DNA from: Myxococcota bacterium
GTDB taxonomy: Bacteria > Myxococcota_A > UBA9160 > UBA4427
Assembly: GCA_036228265.1 (NCBI GenBank)
Contig: JAZAOF010000085.1
Location: 1-61,901 of the forward strand
Length of the DNA: 61,901 bases
Direction: 5' to 3'
Positions 20,395-30,798 of this stretch are shown here, in pieces (position 1 is the first letter of the stretch; each line of letters begins with the position of its first letter). The position numbers and the translations under genes are program-made. The notes beneath the pieces were generated by a model that made no database searches, was not told the origin of the DNA, and saw nothing but the letters and a program-made list of their open reading frames with translations.

Positions 20395-21410
20395 TAATTT
20401 CGCGTGCAGAGAGTTCCTTTACTGGCGGGGATAGATCCACGGACGCGACGACGAAAGCAACGGGGATTCGGTCGGCACCGGATCACCTCGGACCGCGTTT
20501 ACTGGCGGTGGGCAGCGGCAAGGGGGGGGCTGGGAAGACCTTCGTCGCGGCGAACCTGGCCGCTTCTCTTGCGGCCAGTGGTCAACGCGTCATTGCCATC
20601 GACACCGATCTAGAGAGTGCGAATCTTCATACCTGCCTGGGGATTGCGCCGCCTCGGCAGGGCCTGGCCGATTTCGTTGCGCGCCGGGAAGAAGACCTGC
20701 GCAAGCTTGCGTTCGAGACCCCGGTTACCAACCTCCGCCTGGTCGCCGGCACCCATGGACACCTTGCGGATGCGCAGCCCGACAATGCCCGGCGTGTCCG
20801 GTTGATTCGCGCGCTGCGCCAGCTCGACGCCGACTTCGTCATCCTCGACCTTGCAACGGGGATGCAGTCCGCGACGCTCGACTACTTCCTGGTCGCCGAC
20901 GACGGTCTCCTCGTGGTCAACCCCGAACCGGTATCCGTCGAGAATGCCTACGGGTTCTTGCGCGCCGCCTACTACCGCCGCTTGAGACAGGCCATGGTGA
21001 GCCAGTCGCTTCGCGAACTGATTACCGAAGTGATGGATCCGCGTAACGAGGGCGGGATCCGCACGCCCCAGGAGTTGTTTCGAGAAATCGAGTCGACGGA
21101 CCCTGCCGAGGGCGCACGCTTTGTTCGCACCGTGTCCGAGTTCCGTCCGAGAATCGTGATCAATGGCGCGCGCAGCGCGGAAGATATCCGGTTGGGATTC
21201 TCCATGGTGAGCGTGTGTCGCCGCTATTTTGGTGCCGAACTCGACTACCTGGGGTACATCAATCACGATGAAGCCGTGAGGCTTTCGGTGGCGGCTCGGG
21301 AACCCCTTGTTACCTACGCGGAGCAAGCGGATGCCGCGATCTACCTGGAACGGATTGCGCGGAAGATTAGTGGTCCGCCGCCCGCGGTTCCTACGGAGAA
21401 TTCGCGATGA
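20334..21410 (+). CDS. ParA/MinD family P-loop ATPase
   Basis: Deviant Walker A GSGKGGAGKT. IAIDTDL and VILDLATG motifs. Start uncertain: GTG 20334 overlaps the HNH gene by 61 nt, and there is no in-frame ATG before the Walker A. Confidence 0.75.
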   Translation: MASFFDSQRPQRDFSRRCGLIISRAESSFTGGDRSTDATTKATGIRSAPDHLGPRLLAVGSGKGGAGKTFVAANLAASLAASGQRVIAIDTDLESANLHTCLGIAPPRQGLADFVARREEDLRKLAFETPVTNLRLVAGTHGHLADAQPDNARRVRLIRALRQLDADFVILDLATGMQSATLDYFLVADDGLLVVNPEPVSVENAYGFLRAAYYRRLRQAMVSQSLRELITEVMDPRNEGGIRTPQELFREIESTDPAEGARFVRTVSEFRPRIVINGARSAEDIRLGFSMVSVCRRYFGAELDYLGYINHDEAVRLSVAAREPLVTYAEQADAAIYLERIARKISGPPPAVPTENSR

Positions 21411-22084
21411 GGACCGTCGAAGAGTTGGATCACTACGAACTCCTCGAGTTGCCGCGGGGTGCGGACGGCGCGCAGGTCGAAAAAGCCTTTCGAGCCTTGA
21501 GTGCGACCTACGCCCCGGGCTCCCTGGCGATCTATTCCATCCTGGATGTCTCGGATGCCGAGTTCATTCGCGAGCGAATCGACCAGGCCTATCGCGTACT
21601 TTCCGACGAGGAGCAGCGCCACCACTACGATGTATTTCTGGTCCAGGGAGTGCCGCCTGGATCGGACGCCGAGGACGAAGGGTCTGACGAAGAACCCGAA
21701 CCTGTCCCGCTCGAGGCATCGCCTCCTCCGGTTTCCGTGGAGGAGCCCGCGGAGGCCGCGCCCATTTTGCCCCAACCGGTTCTTGCGTCATCGGATGCGG
21801 AGGAGACCGATTACAACGGGGCCGGCTTGCGCCGAGCGCGTTTGCGGCGGGGGCTCGAAATCGATCAACTCGCGAGCATTACGAAGATCAGCCCAAACTA
21901 TCTCCGCTGCATCGAAGAAGAACGCTACGACGAACTGCCCGCGGTCGTGTACGTGCGGGGATTTGTTGCGGCGTCGGCTCGAGCTCTCGGCCTCGATCCC
22001 GACGAAGCGGTAAATCGCTACGTCGCGCACTTCGAGGCGGCGAGAAGCGGCCCCAGGCGAAGTCGGTTTCTCGGACGGAAGTGA
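21407..22084 (+). CDS. J-like domain (HPD motif replaced by APG) + acidic linker + RodZ-type helix-turn-helix domain protein
   Basis: DHYELLELPRGADGAQVEKAFRALSATYAPGS...AYRVLSDEEQRHHYD (J-domain helices). C-terminal LRRARLRRGLEIDQLASITKISPNYLRCIEEE...VYVRGF (HTH_25/RodZ-like). ATGA overlap with the ATPase gene. Confidence 0.7.
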   Translation: MRTVEELDHYELLELPRGADGAQVEKAFRALSATYAPGSLAIYSILDVSDAEFIRERIDQAYRVLSDEEQRHHYDVFLVQGVPPGSDAEDEGSDEEPEPVPLEASPPPVSVEEPAEAAPILPQPVLASSDAEETDYNGAGLRRARLRRGLEIDQLASITKISPNYLRCIEEERYDELPAVVYVRGFVAASARALGLDPDEAVNRYVAHFEAARSGPRRSRFLGRK

Positions 22085-22087
22085 ACC

Positions 22088-23053
22088 GTGGCGGATGATC
22101 CCGACCCGGGTTCACGCTTGCCGACGCCTCCGCCGGTTTCCCTGGAGGTTTCCGAGTCGGAAGCGGGGTCGCGCGTCGACGTGGCTCTCTCGAGCCTTGC
22201 CGCAGTCCCGCGGTCAGAGGTCCAGCGTTGGATTTCCGCGAACCGAGTCCGTCTCAACGGGGGGCCGTGTCGAGCGAGTCGGCGGGTGTCGCTTGGCGAC
22301 ACGGTAGAGGCATGGCCCCCTGAACCGGTGGAGGCCTTGGTACTCCCGGAAGCCATGGAGTTGGACATCCTCTACGAGGATTCGTGGCTGATTGTCATCA
22401 ACAAACCGGCGGGACTCGTCGTTCATCCGGCTCCTGGGCACCCGCGTGGCACTCTCGTCAACGCGTTGCTGGGTCACTGCGGAGATCTTGCGGGCGCAGG
22501 GGGTGTGCTGCGCCCGGGGATCGTTCACAGGCTCGATCGAGGAACCTCCGGCGTCCTGGTGGCGGCGAAGAATGACGGGGCTCATCGAAACCTGTCCGAC
22601 CAATTCCATGACCATTCCATCGAGAGAATCTATCGAGCGTTCGTTCGAGGTCTGCCTTCGGCCGATGCCGGAACCGTTCGGCGAGCCATCGGCCGCCACC
22701 CCCGGGACCGTAAGCGCATGTCGGTGGCCACTCGTGCCGGGCGCGAAGCGGCGACGGGCTGGACGGTGCGCGCACGCTTTCCCGTTTCGCGTCGAAGCGA
22801 CCTCGAGATTCGCCCCGAGACGGGGCGGACGCACCAGATCCGGGTCCACCTGGCTAGCGTGGGTCTGCCGATTGCCGGAGACACGGTCTACGGGCGAGCG
22901 CGTCGGGCGGAAATCGACCGGCCGGCGCTGCATGCGGCCGTGCTCGGTTTTGTTCACCCCGAGAGCGGTGAAGGGCTGCGCTTCGAAGCCCCTCTTCCCC
23001 AGGACATGCTCGATTTGCTGGGCGAGATGCAGCGGCGGGAGGGTCGAGCGTGA
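22088..23053 (+). CDS. rluD: 23S rRNA pseudouridine synthase, RluD/RluA family, with S4 domain
   Basis: INKPAGLVVHP, HRLDRGTSGVLV and GRTHQIRVHL motifs. Confidence 0.9.
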   Translation: MADDPDPGSRLPTPPPVSLEVSESEAGSRVDVALSSLAAVPRSEVQRWISANRVRLNGGPCRASRRVSLGDTVEAWPPEPVEALVLPEAMELDILYEDSWLIVINKPAGLVVHPAPGHPRGTLVNALLGHCGDLAGAGGVLRPGIVHRLDRGTSGVLVAAKNDGAHRNLSDQFHDHSIERIYRAFVRGLPSADAGTVRRAIGRHPRDRKRMSVATRAGREAATGWTVRARFPVSRRSDLEIRPETGRTHQIRVHLASVGLPIAGDTVYGRARRAEIDRPALHAAVLGFVHPESGEGLRFEAPLPQDMLDLLGEMQRREGRA

Positions 23054-23724
23054 GCAATGGCTTTCTTCGCCATCCGCTCCTGGCAAGCCTTGGCGTAGAG
23101 CACGGTTTTGGAACCAAGGCGGCGACGGAGGTGGCCGACGTTCGGCGGCCGAGGCAGGTTCATGGCTGCGCGGTAGCCCGACCGGATTCCTTGGGGGAGT
23201 TACGGCCCGCCGAAGCCGACGCCGTGTTCAGCGATCGCCCGGGGATGCGGGTGGGGGTGGTTACTGCGGACTGTGTTCCGATTCTTGCGGCTCGCGCGAG
23301 CGGAGGAGTGGTCGCGATTCATGCCGGTTGGCGCGGCCTCGCCGCGGGCGTGGTATCCGAGGGAATCCGGGCGCTTGCCGAAGATGAAGCGCAACGCCCG
23401 TCCATCCGGGCCGTGATCGGGCCCGCGATCGGGGCTTGCTGCTACGAGGTTGATCGACCCGTTCTCGACGCGATGCGTCTTCGGTTTGGCGAGGATCTGG
23501 ACAAGGCGCTTTCGCCCTCGCGGCCCGGCCACGCCCGAATCGACTTGTCCTGGCTGGTGCTTTGCGAGTTGCGCAGCGAGGGCCTGGCCCGTGAACACCT
23601 GGGCCGGTTGGACGATGCCTGTACGTACTGTGATTCACGTCGCTTCCATTCTTTCAGGCGGAGCGGACCCCGTGCGGGAAGGCTGCTTCACTTCATCGAG
23701 GCGACGACATGCGCCGAGGCTTGA
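23050..23724 (+). CDS. pgeF: peptidoglycan editing factor PgeF / YfiH (DUF152, laccase-domain) family
   Basis: TADCVPIL, IHAGWRG, GPAIGACCYEV and CTYC...FHSFRR motifs. GTGA overlap with rluD. The rluD-yfiH pairing is conserved. Confidence 0.88.
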   Translation: MSNGFLRHPLLASLGVEHGFGTKAATEVADVRRPRQVHGCAVARPDSLGELRPAEADAVFSDRPGMRVGVVTADCVPILAARASGGVVAIHAGWRGLAAGVVSEGIRALAEDEAQRPSIRAVIGPAIGACCYEVDRPVLDAMRLRFGEDLDKALSPSRPGHARIDLSWLVLCELRSEGLAREHLGRLDDACTYCDSRRFHSFRRSGPRAGRLLHFIEATTCAEA

Positions 23725-24005
23725 CAGCCCATGCCTGTGTGGATACGGTCCAAAACGTTCTCCCCCCGATTTTCCCGAACCCCTCGATCCGTTCCTTCTG
23801 GCGCTTGAGCGCTCCCGCCGAACTTCTCTTTCCGAAACCCACCCCCGGGCTCACCGACGAGCCGCGAACCGACGAAAAAGACGCTTCCCGCCGTTTTTTC
23901 ACACCCCCCTTTCACGCCATCCAACTCCAATCCTTTTCGAAGCGACAGGCTTGCTAACGAAGACTCCCCTCAAACGCGGGACCCAACTACGAAGAGATCC
24001 ATGAA
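23725..24005 (+). promoter_or_regulatory. rho leader: C-rich, G-poor tract, candidate rut-like autoregulatory attenuator
   Basis: 281-bp ORF-free leader. By hand count, 23761-23820 has 28 C versus 12 G, and 23881-23940 has 27 C versus 5 G. Confidence 0.4.
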
Positions 24006-25439
24006 GTGACGCAACGAACGACGGATTCAAACGGCTCCGGGAGCAATCGCAGTCGACGTAACCGGGGACGCCGCTCCCGGGGGGGTGGAGGCGGTCGCGA
24101 CTCGAGAGCGCCGCGCCGCGACTACCTGCCTTCGGACGACGAATTGGACGAGGATGAAGCGGCGGCACTCAAGGACGATTCGGGCGAGCGCATCGACGTC
24201 AAGGATCTGAAATCCAGGTCGATGCCGGAACTCACGCTTCTTGCCCGGGAAATGGATGTCGAGAACGCCGGAGGCCTTCGCAAGCAGGACCTGGTCTTTT
24301 CGATCCTCAAGGCCCAGACCGAGAAGCACGGCCGCATCCATGCGGAAGGGGTTCTCGAAATTCTGCAGGATGGCTTTGGCTTCCTGCGGGCCCCGGACCA
24401 GAACTATCTCGCCGGTCCCGACGACATCTACGTTTCTCCCTCCCAGATCCGGCGTTTCAATTTGAGTACGGGCGACACCGTGCAGGGACAGGTGCGCCCG
24501 CCGAAGGAAGGGGAGCGCTATTTCGCTTTGCTCAAGGTCGAAGAGATCAACTTCGAGGCTCCCGAGAGCACCCGCCAGAAGATTCTCTTTGACAACCTGA
24601 CCCCGCTGTACCCCGAGGACCGCTTCGAACTGGCGGGCTCCTCCGGAGGGTTGACGACGCGGATCATCGATCTGATTGCCCCGCTCGGGAAAGGGCAGCG
24701 TGCCCTGATTACGTCACCGCCGAAGGCGGGCAAGACGATGATCCTGAAGGACATCGCCAACGCCATCGCCGAAAGCCACCCCGAGGTCTACCTCATCGTG
24801 TTGCTCATCGACGAGCGCCCGGAAGAGGTGACCGACATGCAGCGCACCGTCAAGGCCGAGGTCATCTCGTCGACTTTCGATGAACCGGCCACCCGGCATG
24901 TCCAGGTTGCGGACATGGTGATTGCCAAGGCCAAGCGCCTGGTCGAGCACAAGCGGGACGTCGTGATTCTTCTCGATTCGATCACGCGCCTGGCCCGAGC
25001 GCACAACACCGTCGTTCCCCACTCGGGGAAGATCCTTTCCGGAGGAGTCGATTCGAATGCGCTCCACAAGCCCAAGCGGTTTTTTGGTGCGGCTCGAAAC
25101 GTCGAAGAGGGGGGGAGTCTCACCATTGTCGGAACGGCATTGATCGAGACGGGCTCGCGGATGGACGAGGTCATTTTTGAAGAATTCAAGGGCACGGGCA
25201 ACAGTGAACTCGTTCTTGATCGTAAGCTCGCCGACCGTCGGACCTACCCGGCGATCGATATCACGCGCTCGGCCACCCGGCGCGAGGAACTCCTGCTCTC
25301 GGAATCGACCCTGAATCGCATGTACATCCTGCGGAAGGTCCTGGCCCCGCTTTCGCCGGTGGATTCCATGGAATTTCTCCTCGAAAAGATCAAGCACACC
25401 GAGACCAACGAGGAATTCCTGGACTCGATGAATTCCTAG
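24006..25439 (+). CDS. rho: transcription termination factor Rho with Arg/Gly-rich N-terminal extension
   Basis: Rho_N ([32 protein letters not shown]). RNA-binding domain, Walker A PPKAGKT, and a C-terminus typical of Rho. GTG start. About 60 extra N-terminal residues ([22 protein letters not shown]...). Confidence 0.93.
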   Translation: MTQRTTDSNGSGSNRSRRNRGRRSRGGGGGRDSRAPRRDYLPSDDELDEDEAAALKDDSGERIDVKDLKSRSMPELTLLAREMDVENAGGLRKQDLVFSILKAQTEKHGRIHAEGVLEILQDGFGFLRAPDQNYLAGPDDIYVSPSQIRRFNLSTGDTVQGQVRPPKEGERYFALLKVEEINFEAPESTRQKILFDNLTPLYPEDRFELAGSSGGLTTRIIDLIAPLGKGQRALITSPPKAGKTMILKDIANAIAESHPEVYLIVLLIDERPEEVTDMQRTVKAEVISSTFDEPATRHVQVADMVIAKAKRLVEHKRDVVILLDSITRLARAHNTVVPHSGKILSGGVDSNALHKPKRFFGAARNVEEGGSLTIVGTALIETGSRMDEVIFEEFKGTGNSELVLDRKLADRRTYPAIDITRSATRREELLLSESTLNRMYILRKVLAPLSPVDSMEFLLEKIKHTETNEEFLDSMNS

Positions 25440-25524
25440 CTCGGCACGGGTGGCCGGGGCCGGCCTCGAACCGCCCTGCTGGACCGATGGCCCGCCCGTC
25501 TTCGTGACGGGGAAGAGATTCTCG

Positions 25525-26595
25525 ATGCCTGACTTTCTCGAACGAATCAGCGACGCGGAAGCCCAGTCGCGAGAAATCGAAACCGCTCTCGCGGACCCCG
25601 AGCAGACCCGCCATCCTGGGCAATTCCAGAAGCTGGCCAAGTCGCTCGCAAAGTTGCGACCGCTGATCGAGACCGGGGCTCGGTATCGCACTGCCGTGGA
25701 TGAAATCGCGGAGTCCGAGGCCCTTCTCGGGGATGAGGATGCGGAGGTGGCCGAGCTCGCCCGGGGCGAACTCGAGGGGCTCCAAACCGAGAAGCTGGAA
25801 CTCGAGGAAGCACTGCGCGTGCTCCTCACTCCAAAGGATCCAAACGACGAGAAGAACGCAATTTTCGAGATCCGCGCCGGAACCGGTGGAGAGGAGGCCT
25901 CGCTCTTCGCGGCCGATCTCTTTCGGATGTATTCACGCTACGCCGAGACGCTGGGCTGGAAGATCGAGATCCTGAGCCAATCGCCCACCGACAGCGGGGG
26001 GGTGAAGGAAGTGATTCTCAGCGTCGACGGGGATGACGTGTTCTCGCGATTCAAGTTTGAGCGGGGGGTGCACCGCGTGCAGCGAGTTCCCGAAACGGAG
26101 TCCCAGGGCCGCATCCATACTTCGACGGTGACCGTCGCCGTCATGCCCGAGGCCGAGGAGGTGGATATCGAGATTGCCGCAACGGATCTCCGAATCGACG
26201 TCATGCGCGCGGGGGGGCCCGGCGGCCAGAGCGTCAATACAACAGACTCGGCGGTCCGGATCACTCACGTTCCTACCGGAACGGTCGTTCAGTGCCAGGA
26301 CGAGAAGTCGCAACACAAGAACAAGGCGAAAGCCATGAAGGTGCTTCGCTCGCGTCTCTACGAACTCGAAGAACAGCGGCTGGCCGCCGAGCGCTCCGAG
26401 GCACGTCGTTCGCAGGTCGGCTCGGGCGAGCGAAGCGAGAAGATCCGAACCTACAATTTTCCGCAGAACCGCATCACGGATCACCGCGCGAGCGTGACGC
26501 TCCACAAGCTCGAACAGGTCATGGAGGGGGACCTGGGAGAACTCCTCGATGCGGTGTCGGCCCACATGGTGGCCCAGGCCGAGGCGGAGGCATGA
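25525..26595 (+). CDS. prfA: peptide chain release factor 1
   Basis: PAT-type decoding region ([21 protein letters not shown]) and the GGQ motif ([11 protein letters not shown]). Starts at the internal ATG 25525. Confidence 0.95.
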   Translation: MPDFLERISDAEAQSREIETALADPEQTRHPGQFQKLAKSLAKLRPLIETGARYRTAVDEIAESEALLGDEDAEVAELARGELEGLQTEKLELEEALRVLLTPKDPNDEKNAIFEIRAGTGGEEASLFAADLFRMYSRYAETLGWKIEILSQSPTDSGGVKEVILSVDGDDVFSRFKFERGVHRVQRVPETESQGRIHTSTVTVAVMPEAEEVDIEIAATDLRIDVMRAGGPGGQSVNTTDSAVRITHVPTGTVVQCQDEKSQHKNKAKAMKVLRSRLYELEEQRLAAERSEARRSQVGSGERSEKIRTYNFPQNRITDHRASVTLHKLEQVMEGDLGELLDAVSAHMVAQAEAEA

Positions 26596-27491
26596 GTGTC
26601 CAGGGGCGAGGTGCCCCCGCGCTGGCGAAGCCTGCGGGCGAGTGGACCGTGCTTGCGCTGCTTCGATGGACGACCGGTTTCTTCCAGGAACGCGGGATCG
26701 AGTCGGCGCGTCTCGACGCGGAGTGCCTCCTCGCCGAGGCGTTGGGCTGCGACCGGGTTTCGCTCTACGTGGATTTCGAAAAGCCCGTGACGGCGGCCGA
26801 GCGCGACCGGTTCCGGGAACTCGTTCGCCGCAGAGCCGGGGACCGTGTCCCCGTCGCCCAGTTGCTCGGTCGCCGAGAGTTCTGGTCCCTCGATTTCGAG
26901 GTCACTCCCGACGTCCTGACCCCGCGCCCGGAGACGGAGGTTCTCGTGGGGTGGGCCATCGACCGACTGGCCGATGCCCAACCGGGTTCGAAAGTTCTCG
27001 ACGTGGGGACGGGATCGGGTTGTGTCGCACTGGCGGTGGCCTCGGAACTGCCGAACATCCAGGTGGTGGCGACGGATGTCTCCGAGGCGGCCCTGGAGGT
27101 GGCGCGGCGCAATATCGCGTCGCTGGATCTTGGCGACCGCGTCCAGGTGCGTTCCGGGTCGCTTTTTGAGCCGGTAGCGGGAGAGTTCTTTGACTGCATC
27201 CTGTCGAATCCGCCCTACATCGCACGCGGTCACGCCGGGAGCCTCCCCCCGGAATTGAGCCACGAGCCAGAGCAGGCCCTGTTTGCCGGCGAGGACGGTC
27301 TCGACGTCATCCGGGCCCTGCTGGGGCAAGTCCAGAACCACCTGAAGCCGGGGGGGCAGGTCGCCATCGAGATCGATCCCAGGCAGGAAGCACCCGTTTG
27401 TGAACTATTCGAGGGGTCGGGACTGTCCAACCTGCGGTCGCTGCGCGACCTTTCGGACAATCCACGGGTGGTGACCGGGACCCGTACGTAG
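26592..27491 (+). CDS. prmC: release factor glutamine N5-methyltransferase
   Basis: [13 protein letters not shown] motif and NPPY catalytic motif. ATGA overlap with prfA. Confidence 0.92.
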   Translation: MSVQGRGAPALAKPAGEWTVLALLRWTTGFFQERGIESARLDAECLLAEALGCDRVSLYVDFEKPVTAAERDRFRELVRRRAGDRVPVAQLLGRREFWSLDFEVTPDVLTPRPETEVLVGWAIDRLADAQPGSKVLDVGTGSGCVALAVASELPNIQVVATDVSEAALEVARRNIASLDLGDRVQVRSGSLFEPVAGEFFDCILSNPPYIARGHAGSLPPELSHEPEQALFAGEDGLDVIRALLGQVQNHLKPGGQVAIEIDPRQEAPVCELFEGSGLSNLRSLRDLSDNPRVVTGTRT

Positions 27492-27518
27492 TTCGGGGAA
27501 CCCGGTAGAGGGGAATGG

Positions 27519-28778
27519 ATGGACCAGATCAGCGTGCGAGGGGGAACTCGGCTCGAGGGAGAGGTGAGCGTCTCCGGCTCCAAGAATGCCACGCTCGCCC
27601 TGATGGCGGCGGCTCTTCTCGGCCAGGGCGAGACCGTCTTGCGCAACGTCCCGCGCGTTCGAGACGTGGACCACATGTTGGAACTGCTTCGCGGGCTGGG
27701 AGCCCGGGCGGACTGGGATCCCGAAGACGATCACCGGGTGCGAATCGACCCCGAGACGATAGCCACGCCCGAAGCGCCGTACGAACTGGTTCGAAAGATG
27801 CGCGCTTCCTTCGTGGTTCTTGGACCGTTGCTCGCCCGCTTTGGGTGCGGTCGCGTCTCCGAACCCGGTGGTTGCGCCATCGGAGTTCGCCCGGTCGACC
27901 TGCACCTGAAGGGCTTTGAAGCCCTGGGGGCGAAGATCCGTCTCGATCACGGCACGATCGAGGCCTTCGGCGCCCGGCTCTGCGGCACGCAGATTCATTT
28001 CGACACCGTGACCGTGGGGGGGACTCAAAACGTCATGATGGCGGCAAGTCTCGCCTCGGGGGAAACGATTCTCGAGAATGCAGCGCGCGAACCCGAGGTG
28101 GTGGAACTCGCGGATTTCCTGAACCGGATGGGTGCACGGATTCAGGGCGCGGGGAGCGATCGGATCGTCATCCGAGGCGTCTCGGATCTTCGCGGCGTAC
28201 ACCACGATGTCTCGGGGGACCGAATCGAAGCCGGTACGCTTCTCGCGGCCGGAATGATCACTCGTGGCGAAGTCCGCGTTCGTGGGATCGATCCGGCCAG
28301 CATGGATTCCATGCTCGAGAAAATCCGGGAAACCGGTGCCGAGGTGGATGTCGAACCCGACAGCGTCGCCGTAAGGGCGGGAGCCCCGGCGCGCCCCATT
28401 CGCGTCGTGACGGCCCCCTATCCCGGTTTTCCCACCGACATGCAGGCGCAGTTGATGGCCGTACTCAGTGTTGGCGATTCCTCCAGCGTCGTGACGGAGA
28501 CGGTTTTCGAGAATCGATTCATGCACGTTCCGGAACTCGTGCGCATGGGGGCCGATATTTCGCTGGATGGTCGCTCGGCTCACGTTCGAGGCCAGGCGCA
28601 GTTGGCTGCTGCCCCGGTCATGGCCACGGATCTGCGCGCTTCGGCGTGTCTTCTTGTCGCGGGCCTTGCGGCGCGCGGGGAGACGCTTGTGAGCCGCGTC
28701 TACCACATCGACCGGGGTTACGAGCGAATCGAGGAGAAACTCCAGGCCCTGGGCGCCGAGATTCGGCGGGAGAACTGA
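27519..28778 (+). CDS. murA: UDP-N-acetylglucosamine 1-carboxyvinyltransferase
   Basis: 419 aa. [29 protein letters not shown] and [11 protein letters not shown] motifs. Confidence 0.96.
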   Translation: MDQISVRGGTRLEGEVSVSGSKNATLALMAAALLGQGETVLRNVPRVRDVDHMLELLRGLGARADWDPEDDHRVRIDPETIATPEAPYELVRKMRASFVVLGPLLARFGCGRVSEPGGCAIGVRPVDLHLKGFEALGAKIRLDHGTIEAFGARLCGTQIHFDTVTVGGTQNVMMAASLASGETILENAAREPEVVELADFLNRMGARIQGAGSDRIVIRGVSDLRGVHHDVSGDRIEAGTLLAAGMITRGEVRVRGIDPASMDSMLEKIRETGAEVDVEPDSVAVRAGAPARPIRVVTAPYPGFPTDMQAQLMAVLSVGDSSSVVTETVFENRFMHVPELVRMGADISLDGRSAHVRGQAQLAAAPVMATDLRASACLLVAGLAARGETLVSRVYHIDRGYERIEEKLQALGAEIRREN

Positions 28779-28783
28779 CGAGC

Positions 28784-30151
28784 ATGGCGGCCAAGACCTC
28801 CACGAAACCGCTCCGGGTTTTCGAAACCACGGCGAAGGATTTCGACAAGAACTGGAGCAAGATCTGCCAGCGGCGAGCCGATTCGGTCTCGGATGCCGAA
28901 GTGGATGCGGTGGTTGAGGCGATCGTGGGACGCGTTCGGCGCGGGGGGGACAAGGAACTTCTCTCCTGCATCGAAGAATTTGCTGGGGCCAAGCTCAAGA
29001 GCGTCGCGGTCTCACCAGGGGAATGGGACGACGCGTGTGACGCCGTGGATCCCGCGGACCGAGCCGCGCTCGGCAAGGCGGCCATGCGCGTGCGCGAATT
29101 TCACCGAAAACGGATTCCGTCGAGTTGGGAAATGCAGGAGGAAGGCGGGGCGCGGATGGGCCAGCGTATCCGTCCGCTGGATCGGGTCGGCCTCTACGTG
29201 CCCGGCGGAAAGGCGTTTTACCCCTCCTCGGTGATCATGAACGCGATTCCTGCCTCGGTGGTCGAGGTTCCTGAAATCGTCATGGCTTCGCCGCCGGGGG
29301 CCGACGGGCTCCTGAAACCCGAGGTTCTGATGGCGGCACGCCTGGCCGGTGTTCACCGCGTCTTCAAGATGGGTGGGGCGCAAGCCGTGGCGGCGTTGGC
29401 CTACGGGACCCCTTCCGTGCCCCGGGTCGACAAGATCGTCGGGCCCGGCAATGCCTACGTGGCTGCGGCGAAGCGGCGGGTTTTTGGCGACGTGGGGATC
29501 GATTCCGAGGCCGGTCCCACCGAGGTCTGTATTGTCGCCGACAACAGCGCCACGCCCGCTTGGCTGGCCGCGGACCTGATTTCCCAGGCCGAACACGATG
29601 AACTCGCCCAGGCGATTCTCGTGACGCACGTGAAGAAGTGGGTGAACCGGGTCCAGGACCAGGTGGCGCGCCAACTCGAGAGCCTCGATCGCGCGAAGAT
29701 GGCCAAGAAGGCGCTGTCGACCCGCGGGGCGATCCTCGTTACGCGAAACCTCGAGGAGTCGATTACACTCGCCAACGAGTACGCGGCGGAACACCTGGTC
29801 CTGGCCTGCGATGACGCGGACGCCCTGATGAAGGACGTGGTCAATGCTGGGGCGGTATTTCTCGGGCACTATACGCCCGTCGCCGCAGGAGACTATCTCG
29901 CGGGGCCGAACCACGTGCTTCCCACGGGCGGGACGGCGCGTTTTTTTTCGCCGCTGGGCGTCGAAGATTTTTTGAAGCGGACGTCGTTCGCAAAATTCGA
30001 AGCCTCGAAATTACGAGAACTCGGAAGCGACGTAATTCGCCTCGCCGAGATCGAGGGCCTGACCGGCCACGGGAATTCGGTCGAGCTGCGTCTACAGAAG
30101 ATTCGGAAAAACCGCCGAGAGCGAGAAGCCGCGAGAGATTCGGAACGCTGA
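28784..30151 (+). CDS. hisD: histidinol dehydrogenase
   Basis: Starts at the internal ATG 28784 of ORF 28646-30151. GPGNAYVAAAKR and SQAEHD motifs. Confidence 0.94.
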   Translation: MAAKTSTKPLRVFETTAKDFDKNWSKICQRRADSVSDAEVDAVVEAIVGRVRRGGDKELLSCIEEFAGAKLKSVAVSPGEWDDACDAVDPADRAALGKAAMRVREFHRKRIPSSWEMQEEGGARMGQRIRPLDRVGLYVPGGKAFYPSSVIMNAIPASVVEVPEIVMASPPGADGLLKPEVLMAARLAGVHRVFKMGGAQAVAALAYGTPSVPRVDKIVGPGNAYVAAAKRRVFGDVGIDSEAGPTEVCIVADNSATPAWLAADLISQAEHDELAQAILVTHVKKWVNRVQDQVARQLESLDRAKMAKKALSTRGAILVTRNLEESITLANEYAAEHLVLACDDADALMKDVVNAGAVFLGHYTPVAAGDYLAGPNHVLPTGGTARFFSPLGVEDFLKRTSFAKFEASKLRELGSDVIRLAEIEGLTGHGNSVELRLQKIRKNRREREAARDSER

Positions 30152-30176
30152 AACAGCGTAGGCGCGGGAGGAGAGA

Positions 30177-30788
30177 ATGAGCGAAAACTCGGAGAATGGC
30201 CGCGAACGTCGATCGGCCATCGAGCGCAATACGAAGGAGACCCAGATCCGGGTCGAGATCGCGCTCGATGGGTCGGGCGTGTACGAGATTGATACGGGTG
30301 TGGCCTTTTTTGACCACATGCTGGAGTCGTTTTCGCGTCATGCCTTGTTCGATCTGAAGATCAAGGCCCGGGGGGACCTCGACGTCGATACCCATCACAC
30401 CATTGAGGATGTCGGGATCGTCATGGGGCAGGCGTTTCGAGAGGCACTAGGATCAGCTGTCGGAATTCGGCGTTTCGGACAGATGACGCTTCCCATGGCG
30501 GAATCGAAAGTCGAGGTCACGGTGGACGTCTCCAACCGCCCGTTCCTTCTCTATCAGGTCGATCTCGTGAACGACCGCATCGGTTCCTTCGATGCGACCC
30601 TGACGGAAGATTTCCTCCAGGCCTTGAGCCAGAACGCGGGGCTCGATCTCCACGTCGAACTCCGGTACGGGCGCAATCCCCACCACGTGGTCGAAGCGAT
30701 TTTCAAGGGTTTGGCTCGCGCCCTGCGGGCGGCTGTCGAAATGGACCCGAAGCAAAGCGGGCTGCCGACCGTGAAGGGAGCTCTCTGA
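30177..30788 (+). CDS. hisB: imidazoleglycerol-phosphate dehydratase
   Basis: RNTKETQI, DTHHTIEDVGI and NPHHVVEAIFKGLARAL motifs. Confidence 0.95.
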   Translation: MSENSENGRERRSAIERNTKETQIRVEIALDGSGVYEIDTGVAFFDHMLESFSRHALFDLKIKARGDLDVDTHHTIEDVGIVMGQAFREALGSAVGIRRFGQMTLPMAESKVEVTVDVSNRPFLLYQVDLVNDRIGSFDATLTEDFLQALSQNAGLDLHVELRYGRNPHHVVEAIFKGLARALRAAVEMDPKQSGLPTVKGAL

Positions 30789-30798
30789 GGAGCGACCC

